Virus record (IMG/VR): IMGVR_UViG_3300042305_001248
Coordinates: 1 to 55,619 of that record
Origin: a virus
Taxonomy: Duplodnaviria; Caudoviricetes
Reading direction: 5' to 3' (one strand)
DNA: 55,619 nt
In this document: piece by piece, positions 15,839 to 26,196 of the stretch
Layout of the letters: each line of letters opens with the position of its first letter
Position numbering within the stretch: the stretch's first letter is position 1
Made by a program: the position numbers and the translations under genes
Notes under the pieces: model-generated
The model's input: only the letters and a program-made list of their open reading frames with translations
The model's database searches: none
Told to the model about the DNA's origin: nothing

Positions 15839-16494
15839 AGCTGGACCCGATCGTAGCCCGCCGAGAGTAGGTGGCGCACGAGCTGGGTCCCCGCGTCCAC
15901 CTTCGTCGAGGAAGCGTTGAGGTGCTCGACGACGCCGCGGAAAGCCTTGAGCTTCGCGTCGGGGATTCGCGTCTCGACGGGACCGGAGAGGGTCGTCGGG
16001 ACTGCGCGAGGCATCCCGAGCGCGGCCTGGACCGCGTCGCAGAGCCAGAGCCACGAGTCGAGCTGCGCCTGCGTGAACGCGAGCTGCCGGATCATGCGTC
16101 CGTGGACGCGGTGCGAGACCTCTTCGCGCTCGCGGCCCTGGTCGGGCGGCAGGCCGCGGTTGACGACCTCTACGCCCCACGAGAAGTCGTTGACGGCTCC
16201 AGCGTGGAGGCACGTGACGGCGACGGGATCGGCGTACTGCCAGATCGCGCCGTCGTATCCGATCGTGAAGTGAACCGATAGGTTGCGCGAGACGAGGACG
16301 TCGTAGACGCGCTTTCCGTCGTCCGCGGCGCTCTTGATCCCGGCCTCGCCCCCGGTCCAATGGCCGACGCCGAGCGTGCATGGCTGACGTCTCACGCGGC
16401 AGCCCTTGTATGGCGGCGCGAAGGCGAGGCTGGTCGCGGTCCAGTCGAACACGCGCTCGGTACCTCGGATCGGCTTCCCGGCGACGATCAGCAT
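15835..16494 (-). CDS. Endolysin, N-acetylmuramoyl-L-alanine amidase (Amidase_2)
   Basis: HWTGG, SVHFxIxxDGxIxQ, HAGxxN..SxGVE, FTxAQ, GVVEH...KxD. Confidence 0.88.
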   Translation of the reverse strand: MLIVAGKPIRGTERVFDWTATSLAFAPPYKGCRVRRQPCTLGVGHWTGGEAGIKSAADDGKRVYDVLVSRNLSVHFTIGYDGAIWQYADPVAVTCLHAGAVNDFSWGVEVVNRGLPPDQGREREEVSHRVHGRMIRQLAFTQAQLDSWLWLCDAVQAALGMPRAVPTTLSGPVETRIPDAKLKAFRGVVEHLNASSTKVDAGTQLVRHLLSAGYDRVQL

Positions 16495-17939
16495 CAGCTC
16501 CTCCAGCCGATCAGCGAGGTCGTCAGGTCGATGTCGGCGACCGCGCCGGGATCGTTGATGACCTGGGCGCTCACCGTGACGAGGTCGCCGAGCTTCGCGA
16601 CGGGCCACTCGACGTCTACGGTGCCCGACATGGCGAGCGCCGCGAGCGTCTGGTTCTGCGTCGGGCCTGCGCCGGTCGCGCGAGCCTGGAAGCGGTAGAG
16701 GTTCACGAACGGAGGGGCGATGAAGACGTTCGAGGAGGCGACCTCGCAGCGGAGGATCGCCGTCGTCGCGTGCCGCGGGACGAACGTCGCGAGGTTGATG
16801 TTCCGCGTGATCACCGACGCGGCGAGGACGGAGCCCGAGTCGATGACGATCGAGAAGCCGCCCGCCAGCTCCAGCGGGGAGACGCCGCATCGGTCCGACT
16901 CGTCGGTCGCGATCCATCCGGTGTTCGCTGCGTTGCGTCGAAGGGCTCCGATGCAGATCGCGTTCGTCGTCGCGAGAGCGAACGGCGCGGGAGGCGTGAT
17001 CGCTGCCGAGGGAGTCGCGGTCCCGAGGACGGGAGGCGTCGCCGAGACGACGACGACGCCGCGCATCGAGAAGCCCTGGGCGCCCTGCGGAGCGAGCGCG
17101 AGGGCGCTCCACTCGGCGAGGTACAGGTAGTACCAGGAGCTGCCCGCGAAGACCGTCCCCGGCTCGATCACGACGCCCGAGGTCGCGTCGAAGACGCCCG
17201 TCGAGCCTCCGAGTCGAGCGCGGTCGTTGCTCGCCTCGGCGACGATGGAGACGTCATTCGAGACCACCGAAGGCGTCGAGGAGGTGAGGACCCGCTGCTG
17301 CTCGACCGTCGCCGTCGCAGGGAGCCCTCCCTCGACGACGTCGGGGAGCTGGCGGAGGTCCACGATGTTCAGCGGAGCGCCTCCGCCCGCGGGCCACTCG
17401 ACGCCAGCGAGCGGCACCCAATCGCCGCCGCTCGGAGCCGGGAGGTTCGCGCCGAGGCCCGCGACGAGCTGGAACGTGATCGACTGGAGCGTGATCTTCG
17501 TGACCAGCGTCGGAACGAAGACCTGGGTCGTCGGGTTGTAGACGTCTCGCACCTGGGTCGAGGCGACGAGCGGGACCATCTGCGCTTCGAGGAGGAACCA
17601 AGTGTTCGCGCCCGGAGTCGGGCCCGTGATCGTCGTCGCCGTGTCGAGCCGAGCGAGGCGGTAGGTCGAGTCGAGAGCGCCGGGGACGGGCGGCAGAGTC
17701 GCGCTCTGCTGCGCGAGCACGCCGAGGCCGACGACGACGTCCGCGCCGCTCGGGGTCACGCCGAGGCCCATGCAGATCGACCGCGTCGCGTCCGAGAACG
17801 GCTGCCCGAGCACGCGCCGCGAGAAGGTCCGCCGGAACAGCTCCGCGAGGACGCGAGCCTCCAGGCTCTGGAGGTCGTTGATGTCGCCGCTCGTCGCCCG
17901 TTCGAGCGTGTTCATCAGGAGGTTGTCGTTGCCGCTCAT
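16494..17939 (-). CDS. Tail fibre / baseplate-attached structural protein
   Basis: 481-aa beta-rich ORF following the baseplate wedge genes. Confidence 0.6.
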   Translation of the reverse strand: MSGNDNLLMNTLERATSGDINDLQSLEARVLAELFRRTFSRRVLGQPFSDATRSICMGLGVTPSGADVVVGLGVLAQQSATLPPVPGALDSTYRLARLDTATTITGPTPGANTWFLLEAQMVPLVASTQVRDVYNPTTQVFVPTLVTKITLQSITFQLVAGLGANLPAPSGGDWVPLAGVEWPAGGGAPLNIVDLRQLPDVVEGGLPATATVEQQRVLTSSTPSVVSNDVSIVAEASNDRARLGGSTGVFDATSGVVIEPGTVFAGSSWYYLYLAEWSALALAPQGAQGFSMRGVVVVSATPPVLGTATPSAAITPPAPFALATTNAICIGALRRNAANTGWIATDESDRCGVSPLELAGGFSIVIDSGSVLAASVITRNINLATFVPRHATTAILRCEVASSNVFIAPPFVNLYRFQARATGAGPTQNQTLAALAMSGTVDVEWPVAKLGDLVTVSAQVINDPGAVADIDLTTSLIGWRS

Positions 17940-17954
17940 GTCGTCCTCAGAGTG

Positions 17955-19244
17955 TCAGAGGGTAGGGTCGCGCACCAGGAGCCAACCGATGCCCGCCGCT
18001 CGCGCAGCCTCGATCGCAGCGTAGAGCGGAGCGAGCCCCGCGTAGTAGGTCACCGGGAAGCCGTCGTAGGCGTTCAGCGCATCGCTCGCGTCGTAGGCGT
18101 TCTCGGGATACGGCGCGTCATAGGCGAAGCCGAACTCGCCCGCGTTCCCGAAGCTCACGAAGAGCACGAAGAACGTCGTCTCGGTCCCGTCGCCGACGTA
18201 GACGGGCGCTCCGGGCGAGAAGAGGTCGAAGGCGTCGTAGGGGTCGAAGTCGTAGACGAAGCCGCGCAGGCCCGAGAGGCAGTCTCGCGTCTCCGCGAAG
18301 CGAAAGCGGATCCCGAGCGGAGTCAGGATCCGGCTCGCGATGCGGAGGATCGCTCCGGGGCTCACGACGTCGTCGAGGTAGGAGAGCCGCAAACGAAGCG
18401 CGGCGTCGGTCTCCCCAGGCTGCCTGCCCGAGCGCCGCTCGTCCGCGATCGCGTCGAGCCAGCCGTGCCGCCCGCCCGAGAGCGCCGAGGGCTGCTCGAC
18501 CGTCAGCCCGAGGTCGGCGAACTCCTCGACCTCCGCCGTCAGCGAGTCGGGGAAGACGAGCGGAGCGCCGTCGAGGACCGCATAGCTCGTCGGCGAGCCC
18601 TGCGTCACCGAGAGGATGCGCCTCGGGACCGTGCCCCCGTTGATGCCGCCGACCAAGCGGACGTACTGGCCGATCATCGCCTCCGTGAGCCGGTCGGGCG
18701 TGCCCGAGTCCCGGAGCACGTTCCCGCCCTCGATCGTCGCCGTCACCGTCGCTCGTCCACGCGCCGCGAAGCGCGTCACGGTCTCGGGGAGGAGGTTTCC
18801 CTGGTAGCCCGCTCGGACGGCCTCCACGGGCACGGTAGCGGCTCCCAGGGCCCCTGCCGGGATGGTGACGTCCGCCGTCGAGCGGAGGCGGATCCCATCC
18901 GAGACGAGCCCGCCCGGAGAGACGACGTCGGCGACCCACTCCGTGCCCTGGGCGAGCGTGATCGAGCCCGTCGCCGGGGCCGCTCGCGTGACGAGGAGCG
19001 TGCCCGTCGCCCGTCGCTCCCCGGCCGACTCGGGAGCCGTCTGTGTCGAGTGCGGTCGCAGGTAGTACGCCTGCGTCGTGATGTTCGCCGCCGTCGCTAC
19101 TCGGGCGAGCTGCTCCGCCTGCTGGGCGACCGCGTCGAGACCCTGCCCGTCGCCCTCGGTCTCGATCGGCGCGGTGTATGCGCGAGGAAAGAGCGTGCGC
19201 CAGAGCGCGAGAAGCTCGTCCTTGGAGATGGGCTCGAACGCCAT
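17955..19244 (-). CDS. Second baseplate J-like wedge protein
   Basis: ATGTLxxTR, VxVEAxxAGxxGN, GETDAALRxRL motifs. Confidence 0.7.
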   Translation of the reverse strand: MAFEPISKDELLALWRTLFPRAYTAPIETEGDGQGLDAVAQQAEQLARVATAANITTQAYYLRPHSTQTAPESAGERRATGTLLVTRAAPATGSITLAQGTEWVADVVSPGGLVSDGIRLRSTADVTIPAGALGAATVPVEAVRAGYQGNLLPETVTRFAARGRATVTATIEGGNVLRDSGTPDRLTEAMIGQYVRLVGGINGGTVPRRILSVTQGSPTSYAVLDGAPLVFPDSLTAEVEEFADLGLTVEQPSALSGGRHGWLDAIADERRSGRQPGETDAALRLRLSYLDDVVSPGAILRIASRILTPLGIRFRFAETRDCLSGLRGFVYDFDPYDAFDLFSPGAPVYVGDGTETTFFVLFVSFGNAGEFGFAYDAPYPENAYDASDALNAYDGFPVTYYAGLAPLYAAIEAARAAGIGWLLVRDPTL

Positions 19245-19247
19245 GGA

Positions 19248-20372
19248 TCAGACCGCCGTCACGAGGTCCGTCCGCGTCCGCAGGATCTGCCCCGCGCTCG
19301 GGACGAGGTCGCCGATCGGGGTCACTACCGCGTCGTCGAGCACGATCACCCCAGGGACCGAGCGAGCGACCGAGAAGAGCAGGCTCACCGGCAGCGTCGC
19401 GTTCGGCGGGAGCGCGTTCACCGCCGAGACCGTCGCCGCCTGGACGCGAGCGAAGGCCGCGGTCGTATCGACGCCAGCGGCGAAGCGGAGGAGATACTGG
19501 ATCGGGACGAAGAGCGGGATCGAGCTGCTGACGTCCACGTAGACGCCCGCGGCGCGGTACTCCAGGAGCGCGGACTGGACCGCGAGGACGAGCGCGGCGT
19601 TCGCCTGCCCGAGCGCGTCCGCGACGTAGAGCGAGACGCGGCCGGTCGGGATGCCGAGCGAGTCTACCTCCTCGACCGCCGTCGCCTGCCGAACGCCAGG
19701 GACTGTCAGCGCGCCGAACTCAATCGCCGCGATCGTCCCTCGCCGAGCCTGCCGGAAGAAGTCCCGCGCCCGCGCTCGGAGCCTCGCGTCGGTCTCGACC
19801 TCGTCCCCGCCTGCGGTCGGCTCCGCGTTGAGCACGAGGAGGTTCGGGTCGCTCGGAGGATTGACGAAGGCGTTGATCGCCGCGGGCGCGACGTTGCCCG
19901 CGAGGCCCGCCTGCCGAGCGCGGATCGGGACCGAGACGGGTCCCGTCGAGCCAGCGAGGACCGTCGCGACGACGGTCGTCTCGAACTGAACGCCGCTGCC
20001 GGTCGTGAGCTGCGTCCCGATCGGGAGCGTGACGAGAGGCAGAGCGCCCGCGACTCGCGTGAGCTGCACCGTGCCGAGCGCAGGCGTCGCGCTCTTCCGG
20101 ACGATCGTCGGCGAGAAGCGGTCGCCCACGAGGCGATCGAGGTCCTCGCCCGTCGCGCCGTCGAGGAAGAGCGCGTTGATCCGGAGCGCGAGCTGCCGCG
20201 TGACCTCCTCGGCCATCGCCGAGGCCGAGGCGACGAGGACGTTGATGTCGCTCCCGTCCGTGTAGACCTGCGCCGCGTCGATGCGCTGCGCGGGAGGACG
20301 GGTCTCGGACCGCAGGAGGACCTCGTCCGCGCCGAGGCGGAAGAGGTCGGCTCTCGTAGGCAGATCGGGCAT
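19248..20372 (-). CDS. Baseplate J/gp47-like protein
   Basis: ATGEDLD, AGLAGNV, GGDEVETDARLRAR, GT..AIE, YRAAGV. Confidence 0.9.
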   Translation of the reverse strand: MPDLPTRADLFRLGADEVLLRSETRPPAQRIDAAQVYTDGSDINVLVASASAMAEEVTRQLALRINALFLDGATGEDLDRLVGDRFSPTIVRKSATPALGTVQLTRVAGALPLVTLPIGTQLTTGSGVQFETTVVATVLAGSTGPVSVPIRARQAGLAGNVAPAAINAFVNPPSDPNLLVLNAEPTAGGDEVETDARLRARARDFFRQARRGTIAAIEFGALTVPGVRQATAVEEVDSLGIPTGRVSLYVADALGQANAALVLAVQSALLEYRAAGVYVDVSSSIPLFVPIQYLLRFAAGVDTTAAFARVQAATVSAVNALPPNATLPVSLLFSVARSVPGVIVLDDAVVTPIGDLVPSAGQILRTRTDLVTAV

Positions 20373-20373
20373 G

Positions 20374-21228
20374 TCAGCCGCTCCTCACTCGCACGGGCAC
20401 CGTCAGCTCCTCCGTGAGCCCGTAGCGGTCCGTGACCTTCATCGTCAGGACGATCGTGTCGGTCGTACCGGCCGCGAGCTGCGCCGTGACGAGCGCCGTC
20501 GCGACGTCGGGCTCGCGGAGGATCTGCGCCTGCGCCTCGGCCTGGAGACGACGCAGAACGTCCGGACGGATCGTGCCCTTGAGCGTCAGGCCGAAGCCAT
20601 AGCTGGGCAAGTGGAAGAACTCGCCCTGCATCGTCGTCGCCCTGCGGAGGATCCGCTTCCGCAGGTAGCTCTCGCCGCGCTCTAGAGCGTAGTCGCCCTC
20701 GGGCGTGACCTGGAGCGTGCCGAGCGGCGTCGGGCGCACGCCCTGGGCGTCTTTGAGGAGCCAAGGGTTGTTGAGGTCCGCGGGCGTCTGCGCTGCGGGC
20801 GCGAAGGGCGAAGCGACTCGCGTCGGCGGGAACGTCTCGAAGACCGCGCCCGCGCAGAGGCTCACGATCGGGAGGCCGGTCAGGTCCTCGATCGTCGGGC
20901 TCGCGTGGATCTCGTACCGCGCAGGAGCCGAGAGCGGACCGTCGAAGAGCACGCGCACGGTCAGCGCATCGACGCGCTCGGTCCATTGCGCGAGGCGGAC
21001 CTCCGCGTCGTAGGGCTCCAGCACCGAGAGCGTCCAGTTTGCGGGGTTCCTCGCGTCGTAGACCGAGCCGGGGTCGAACATCCTCGGAGGCGCGGAGAAC
21101 GTCACCAGGACGGCGTTTAGCGCCTCCTGGACCGCCGAGACGACCGCGAGCGACGAGCCCGAGCCGAAGGGCGTCGAGCCGACGCCTCCCGATCCGAACG
21201 CGCCGCCGCATGTCGCGAAGGAGGTCAC
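20374..21228 (-). CDS. Baseplate wedge protein (N-terminal Ig-like region, C-terminal gpW/gp25-like domain)
   Basis: GDYAL...LRKRI.RR..T..GEF.H.P.YG...I..EP.V; directly upstream of gpJ. Confidence 0.7.
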   Translation of the reverse strand: MTSFATCGGAFGSGGVGSTPFGSGSSLAVVSAVQEALNAVLVTFSAPPRMFDPGSVYDARNPANWTLSVLEPYDAEVRLAQWTERVDALTVRVLFDGPLSAPARYEIHASPTIEDLTGLPIVSLCAGAVFETFPPTRVASPFAPAAQTPADLNNPWLLKDAQGVRPTPLGTLQVTPEGDYALERGESYLRKRILRRATTMQGEFFHLPSYGFGLTLKGTIRPDVLRRLQAEAQAQILREPDVATALVTAQLAAGTTDTIVLTMKVTDRYGLTEELTVPVRVRSG

Positions 21229-22703
21229 CGGACGTAGACGACGCCGGTGACGTTGCCCGCGCCCGCGCCGATGCTCGCTTCGCAGGTGACGTCGGTCGCG
21301 TTCTTGTTCACGGCAGCGAGGTTCCCGGCGGCGACGTTGTCGCTCTCCAGGATCGCGACGTACCCGTTCGGCGAGTAGAGGTCGAAGCCGAAGACGAGCA
21401 GAGCGCCCGCAGGCGGAGGGCCCGGAGGCAGCGCGACCGTGGGCAACGGGAACGAGCGCGGGGCGATCGCGCCCGACGCGGGTCCTCCGCTCGTCGCGAA
21501 CGGGACCGGGAGACCGCCGCGGAAGGTCGAGCTGCGGGCGTCCATGTCGATCCCCGCCCTCGCGTCCGCGAGCAGCGAGACCGAGCAGCCGCGGAGGAGG
21601 ATCACCTGACGGTTCGCGGCTGGAGCCTTGACCTCCGCAGCGATCGTGCCGATCGCCACGCCTGCGAAGTCGAAGAGCATGTTGAAAGGCGAGTCGGGGA
21701 TCTGGTTGATCGTGAGGTCGATCGACGTCGCGCTGCCTCCGATCATGCGGATCTGCGGGAACTGGAGCGCCGCCACGAGCAGCTTGTCGTCGCGCATCGC
21801 CGTCTGGATCGTGCAGTCGATCCAGGTGCTCCGCGTCTGCCCGCTCACCTTCGCGATGTCGCGCACCGTACACCGCTCGTAGGTCGAGCCGAGGCATCCG
21901 GTCGGAGGCGCTCCGGGAGAGGCGAAGTCAAGGTTGTCGATCACGTTGCTGATCGTGACGTCCCGGATCTGCGCCTCCGCGCAGTTGACGATCGACAGCT
22001 CCAGAGCGTCCGCGACGTCGCGCTCGACGATGCGCTCCACGCGGAGCAGCCCGCAGGAGCGGAACGCGAGAGCGCCTCCAGGGACGGTCGTCGTGACGTC
22101 GAGGTCGAAGAAGCAGGCACCGAAGCGGTTGTCCGTGCCTGGAGTCGGGAACCACAACGGAGCGTTCGTCCCGTCGAGCACGATCGGGTTCGTGCCGTCT
22201 CCCCGAACGGTCATCGACGCGAGGACGAACTGCTCCCATTCGACGAGGTTCGGAGCGGGCGTCCCGTAGACGAGCGAGAACGCGGGACCGCTCGCAGCCG
22301 TCACGAACGTCGTCTTCGGGCCACGCCCGATGATCGAGATGTCCTTCAACGTCGGGTTGGAGAGGTACATCGTCCCAGGGCCGACGAAGTAGCCCGCGCC
22401 GAGGAGGATGACGTCCGTGTCGAGCGCCGAGGAGAGCGCCGCCGCGATGGTCGCGAACGGCTTCGTCGAGTCGCCTCGCGCACCCGTCGCGTCGTTGCCG
22501 CCGTTCGCTGCGGTCTCGACGTAGAGCACGTTCGCAGCGGTGATCCCGCTGCCGCCGCCGCCCCCGCCGATCGGGCCGACCGTCGCGCCCGCCGCGTCGA
22601 TGATGTAGAGCTGCTGGTCGCTATCGTCGAAGTAGAGGATCCCCTCGCCTGCGGAGGGAGCGGGAGGCGTGCCCTCCCCGAGTCGGATGTGCGCTGCTGT
22701 CAT
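21225..22703 (-). CDS. Tail spike / receptor-binding protein with a beta-helix
   Basis: LYV...GGND.TG..GD..KPFATIAAAL...VILLGAG.F beta-helix cap. Confidence 0.65.
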   Translation of the reverse strand: MTAAHIRLGEGTPPAPSAGEGILYFDDSDQQLYIIDAAGATVGPIGGGGGGSGITAANVLYVETAANGGNDATGARGDSTKPFATIAAALSSALDTDVILLGAGYFVGPGTMYLSNPTLKDISIIGRGPKTTFVTAASGPAFSLVYGTPAPNLVEWEQFVLASMTVRGDGTNPIVLDGTNAPLWFPTPGTDNRFGACFFDLDVTTTVPGGALAFRSCGLLRVERIVERDVADALELSIVNCAEAQIRDVTISNVIDNLDFASPGAPPTGCLGSTYERCTVRDIAKVSGQTRSTWIDCTIQTAMRDDKLLVAALQFPQIRMIGGSATSIDLTINQIPDSPFNMLFDFAGVAIGTIAAEVKAPAANRQVILLRGCSVSLLADARAGIDMDARSSTFRGGLPVPFATSGGPASGAIAPRSFPLPTVALPPGPPPAGALLVFGFDLYSPNGYVAILESDNVAAGNLAAVNKNATDVTCEASIGAGAGNVTGVVYVR

Positions 22704-22716
22704 GCTCTGGCTCCTA

Positions 22717-23361
22717 TCAGGGGAGGACGACGATCTGCCCGCCCGGAAGCGCGACGAGCGACGCTCCAGGGTCGATGATGAGAGGGGCTTTCACGAGATA
22801 CTGGTAGTTGGGCTGCACCGTGACGTTGACGCCCGAGACGAGCCGATACCGGATCCCCGTGCTCGAAGCGTCGGCCTGGAGCACGAGGTCGCGGAGGGCC
22901 TTCCACCAGCCGAAGGCGGAGCCGGTCCCGAAGGGCGCGAAAGGCTCGTTGTTCTCGCTCCTCGCGATGACGTTCGCGCCCGCGTTCAGCCTCGACGCGC
23001 TCGGGTCGGCGGTCTCGTTCGCGGCCGGGATCAGGAGCCCCGAGGACGGCAGACGCACGCCGAAGATCCGCACCTGTCGCGACTCGGTCGGCAGCCCCTC
23101 GTCCACGATCAGCTCGATCCGGTACGAGCCCCAGCATCCAGCCTGCGGCGAGAACGTCCAGCTCGTCGGCCCTGCCGCGACGAGGCTCGGGATCGCCGTG
23201 AGGTCCTCGGGCGGGACCCAAAGGAGGCGGACCTTCGTCGAGCTGCCGCCGCCGACGTTCGTCACGGTCACGAGCGCGCCCGTGTCGAGCCCGTCCGTGC
23301 GTGCGATGCCGGGGGTCCCGAGGGGCAGACCGGCCTGATCGATCCTCATCTGCGCGGGCAT
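22717..23361 (-). CDS. Structural tail protein, hypothetical
   Basis: ORF in tail cluster; leaderless-type promoter upstream. Confidence 0.65.
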   Translation of the reverse strand: MPAQMRIDQAGLPLGTPGIARTDGLDTGALVTVTNVGGGSSTKVRLLWVPPEDLTAIPSLVAAGPTSWTFSPQAGCWGSYRIELIVDEGLPTESRQVRIFGVRLPSSGLLIPAANETADPSASRLNAGANVIARSENNEPFAPFGTGSAFGWWKALRDLVLQADASSTGIRYRLVSGVNVTVQPNYQYLVKAPLIIDPGASLVALPGGQIVVLP

Positions 23362-23377
23362 GGCGCGGAGCGTAGCA

Positions 23378-24127
23378 CTACTCGCCCCGGATCCGGCTCG
23401 ACAGGGCGCTCTGGAGGGCCGTCTTCGCCGCGATCAGGGCAGGGGCGAGGGAAGCATAGGCTGCGGCCACGGAGGCCACCGTGAGCGCCCCGTTGGGCGG
23501 CGCAGGGGTCGCGGTAGCTAGGGCCTGCGCGAATGCATCGAGGGCGTCGATCAGGTCGTCGAGCGCGTCGAGCTGGTCGTCGCCTCGGACGTAGCTCTGG
23601 CCCGCGCTGTCGTCGGCGAGGGTCACGGTCTGCGCGAGGAGCTTCGCGTCGTCTTCCGCCGAGACTCGCCAGAGCGAGCCGACCTGGGCCTCGTAGTCGT
23701 GCGGCGTCACGAGGAAGTGGGTGGTCTCCGCGAACGCCTCGTCGATCGTCTGCCCGTTGACCTCCTCGGGCACGGGGCGCTCGGTCGTCGGGACCAGCGC
23801 AACGATCGTCGGCGTCCCGTTGAGGTCCGCCTCGGGGAGCAGGCAGGCCGCGAGGACGCCGCGCTCGATGGGCGAGGACGAGCCCGCGCCGTCGCCCGCG
23901 TAGGGCCAGCCGACGCGGCAGGGGATGGGCCCCTCGCCGTCCAGGGGCCCGCCGACGACGGTGACGTCCACGATCCAGCCGAGCCCCTCCTCCCAGCGGA
24001 TCGCGTCGTCGTCGTCGTCCACGCGCCCGTAGAAGAGCCACGTGCGCGTATCGGAGCCGGGGCCCTTGATCAGCTCTCGGAGCCGACCGGCGTCGAAGCG
24101 AGTCCGGATGCGCGAGCGGACCGTCAC
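23378..24127 (-). CDS. Baseplate spike (gpV/gp45-like)
   Basis: OB-fold-like N-terminus (GRV...VDV...PCRV..P.AG.G.G...P..G); follows the hub gene. Confidence 0.65.
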   Translation of the reverse strand: MTVRSRIRTRFDAGRLRELIKGPGSDTRTWLFYGRVDDDDDAIRWEEGLGWIVDVTVVGGPLDGEGPIPCRVGWPYAGDGAGSSSPIERGVLAACLLPEADLNGTPTIVALVPTTERPVPEEVNGQTIDEAFAETTHFLVTPHDYEAQVGSLWRVSAEDDAKLLAQTVTLADDSAGQSYVRGDDQLDALDDLIDALDAFAQALATATPAPPNGALTVASVAAAYASLAPALIAAKTALQSALSSRIRGE

Positions 24128-26196
24128 GGTAGCGTCCCTCCTCCCGTCCTCACTGCCTCGACCGCCTCGGGCGTCGCCTCGTCGAGCGCCGCGGAGCGGT
24201 CGGCGTATTCGTCGGGGCTCACCGAGCCACCCTCGACCGCGTCGCCGAGGAGGTCGCTCTCGCGGTAGACGCGGGCGACGTCCGCTGCCAGCTCCGGAGG
24301 CGCTCGCTCGACGTCCTCGGCGACGTCCGGAGGCAGGGCCGAGTCGTCGGAGATCGAGCCCGCGCTGATCGTGCCTGCGTCGTCCACGAGCGGGACCGCG
24401 TCTCGCTCCTCGCGAGCGGTGATGAAATTGATAAAGTCCACGACCGCGTTGAAGCCCTGCTCCGCGTCCCATTGCAGTCGGATGTTCTGGGCGCGGAAGA
24501 TCGTCTGGTTCGCCGTCGCGTCCTGGAGCGCCGCGAACCGCTCCGCGGTCGCCGAGGGCCAGCCGAGGGCGCGGTAGTAGTCGGTCCGAGCCTCGCGAGT
24601 CAGGGCCGCGATCTGCGCCGCCGTCATCCCGGTACCGCCCTCGACGTCCTGGCTCGCCGAGACGAGCAGCTCGACGCCGTCGCCGTTGTCGAGGTTGAGG
24701 AGGTCCGCAGGGTCGTCGCTCTCGACCGAGGCGACGTCGTCCGTCTCCAGGTTGCCCTCGATCTCCTGTCTGCCGGTCTGCTCGAAGATGTTCCTCGCGA
24801 CGCCGAGGAGGGTCTCCCCGTCCTCGACGCCGCGGACGACGTAGGTCTGGATCCGCTCGCTCGGATCATGCCCCGAAACCCCAGGCGTGTTCGGCCTCGT
24901 GGGCGTTCGCGGAGGATCGTTGATCCCGAGCGTGCCGTAGCGCGGCGAGCCCTCGGGGCAGGGCCAGCGAGCCCAGGCGGTGCGACCCGAGGACGGCTGG
25001 AAGCAGCGCACCTCGATCGTCGGGACGCGGTTCCCGCCGAGCTTCCGCGTGAATTCTAAGTGTTTGAGGTTGCGCCCGTAGACCATGCGCCGCGGGACGT
25101 CCTCGCCGACGTAGAAGGTCCTCGGCTCGCATATGTGCAGCTCGTAGTCGTAGATGATCGGGACGAGCCCGACGCGGGCGCACGCCTCGGTGATGTGGTC
25201 CCATATCGTCTGCTGCTGGTCGCCGCTCCTCCGCTGCCTGAGAGCGCGACCTCGCCGAGCCCTCGTCGTCGTCGGGGCCGAGTCCGCGGGCGTCGGAGCG
25301 ATGCCGGGGTTCGTCGATCCAGGCCGACCGTAGACGACGCGGATCCCTCGCGTCGGCGCGTAGTCGTCGCAGAAGGCGCGGACGCCCTCGTCGATCGGCA
25401 CGGTGAGGTCGATCCCCGATCCAGTCGCGAGCGGCGTGTCGAAGAAGATCGCGGAGAGGTCGCGGCACTCCAGCGTGATCGTGTCGCCCTCGTCCTGGTC
25501 GAACGCGATCTGCCACGTATCGACCCACCCGACGAAGCGCGTCGTCTGCGCGGCGCGAGACTCCGGACCCGCGAGCGTCGTCGAGCGCGGCACCAGCGAG
25601 CGGAGCGAGCCGTCCTCTCGACGCTCTCCGCGCATCCCCGCCTCGTAGTCCTCCGCCGAGACGACGCCGAGCGTGATCTCTATCGCCGCCGCTCTCACGA
25701 GCCGCGGGTCGAACGGCGCGTCCGCGTAGTTGATCGTGACGCTCGCGGTGTCGGCGGTCCGGATCCCGTTGCGCTCGATCTGGACGTTCATCGGCACGAT
25801 CGACCCGAAGACCTGACGGTCGTCGGGCGAGGGACCGTCGATCACCGGAGGCGCGTCCGCGGGAGTCGCCGCGGCCGAGCCGACGCCGAGCTGCGCGAGG
25901 AGCGACTCCCGCTGCGTCCGCAGCCGCACGAGCGCCGCCTCCGGATCCCCGGTCGTCACGGAGTCCGGGTCCGTCTCGATGGTCGCGATCGACGACTCGA
26001 CCTCGGCCAGCTCCGACTCCAGCCGCTCTCGCGTCGCAGGGCTCGCCGCGTCGGTCGAGGGAGCCGACGCGGCCTCGGTCTCGGTCTCAGGCAGGCCCGC
26101 CTCGTCGCGGAGGCGAGAGACGAGCGCACCATCGTCGGCGAACTCCTCGACGCGGATCGCGAGCTGGACGCGGGCGCTCGGGTAGAAGACGGTCAT
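24124..26196 (-). CDS. Baseplate hub (gpD/gp44-like)
   Basis: RFVGWVD...ITLECRDLSAIF.D; position after the LysM gene. Confidence 0.7.
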   Translation of the reverse strand: MTVFYPSARVQLAIRVEEFADDGALVSRLRDEAGLPETETEAASAPSTDAASPATRERLESELAEVESSIATIETDPDSVTTGDPEAALVRLRTQRESLLAQLGVGSAAATPADAPPVIDGPSPDDRQVFGSIVPMNVQIERNGIRTADTASVTINYADAPFDPRLVRAAAIEITLGVVSAEDYEAGMRGERREDGSLRSLVPRSTTLAGPESRAAQTTRFVGWVDTWQIAFDQDEGDTITLECRDLSAIFFDTPLATGSGIDLTVPIDEGVRAFCDDYAPTRGIRVVYGRPGSTNPGIAPTPADSAPTTTRARRGRALRQRRSGDQQQTIWDHITEACARVGLVPIIYDYELHICEPRTFYVGEDVPRRMVYGRNLKHLEFTRKLGGNRVPTIEVRCFQPSSGRTAWARWPCPEGSPRYGTLGINDPPRTPTRPNTPGVSGHDPSERIQTYVVRGVEDGETLLGVARNIFEQTGRQEIEGNLETDDVASVESDDPADLLNLDNGDGVELLVSASQDVEGGTGMTAAQIAALTREARTDYYRALGWPSATAERFAALQDATANQTIFRAQNIRLQWDAEQGFNAVVDFINFITAREERDAVPLVDDAGTISAGSISDDSALPPDVAEDVERAPPELAADVARVYRESDLLGDAVEGGSVSPDEYADRSAALDEATPEAVEAVRTGGGTLP

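Noticed and set aside
16380-20417. Very long plus-strand ORFs (1345 aa here; also 45543..49754, 31253..33934, 4141..5958 and others)
   Set aside because: Arg/Pro-rich antisense shadows of real minus-strand genes, expected in high-GC DNA; no motifs or RBS
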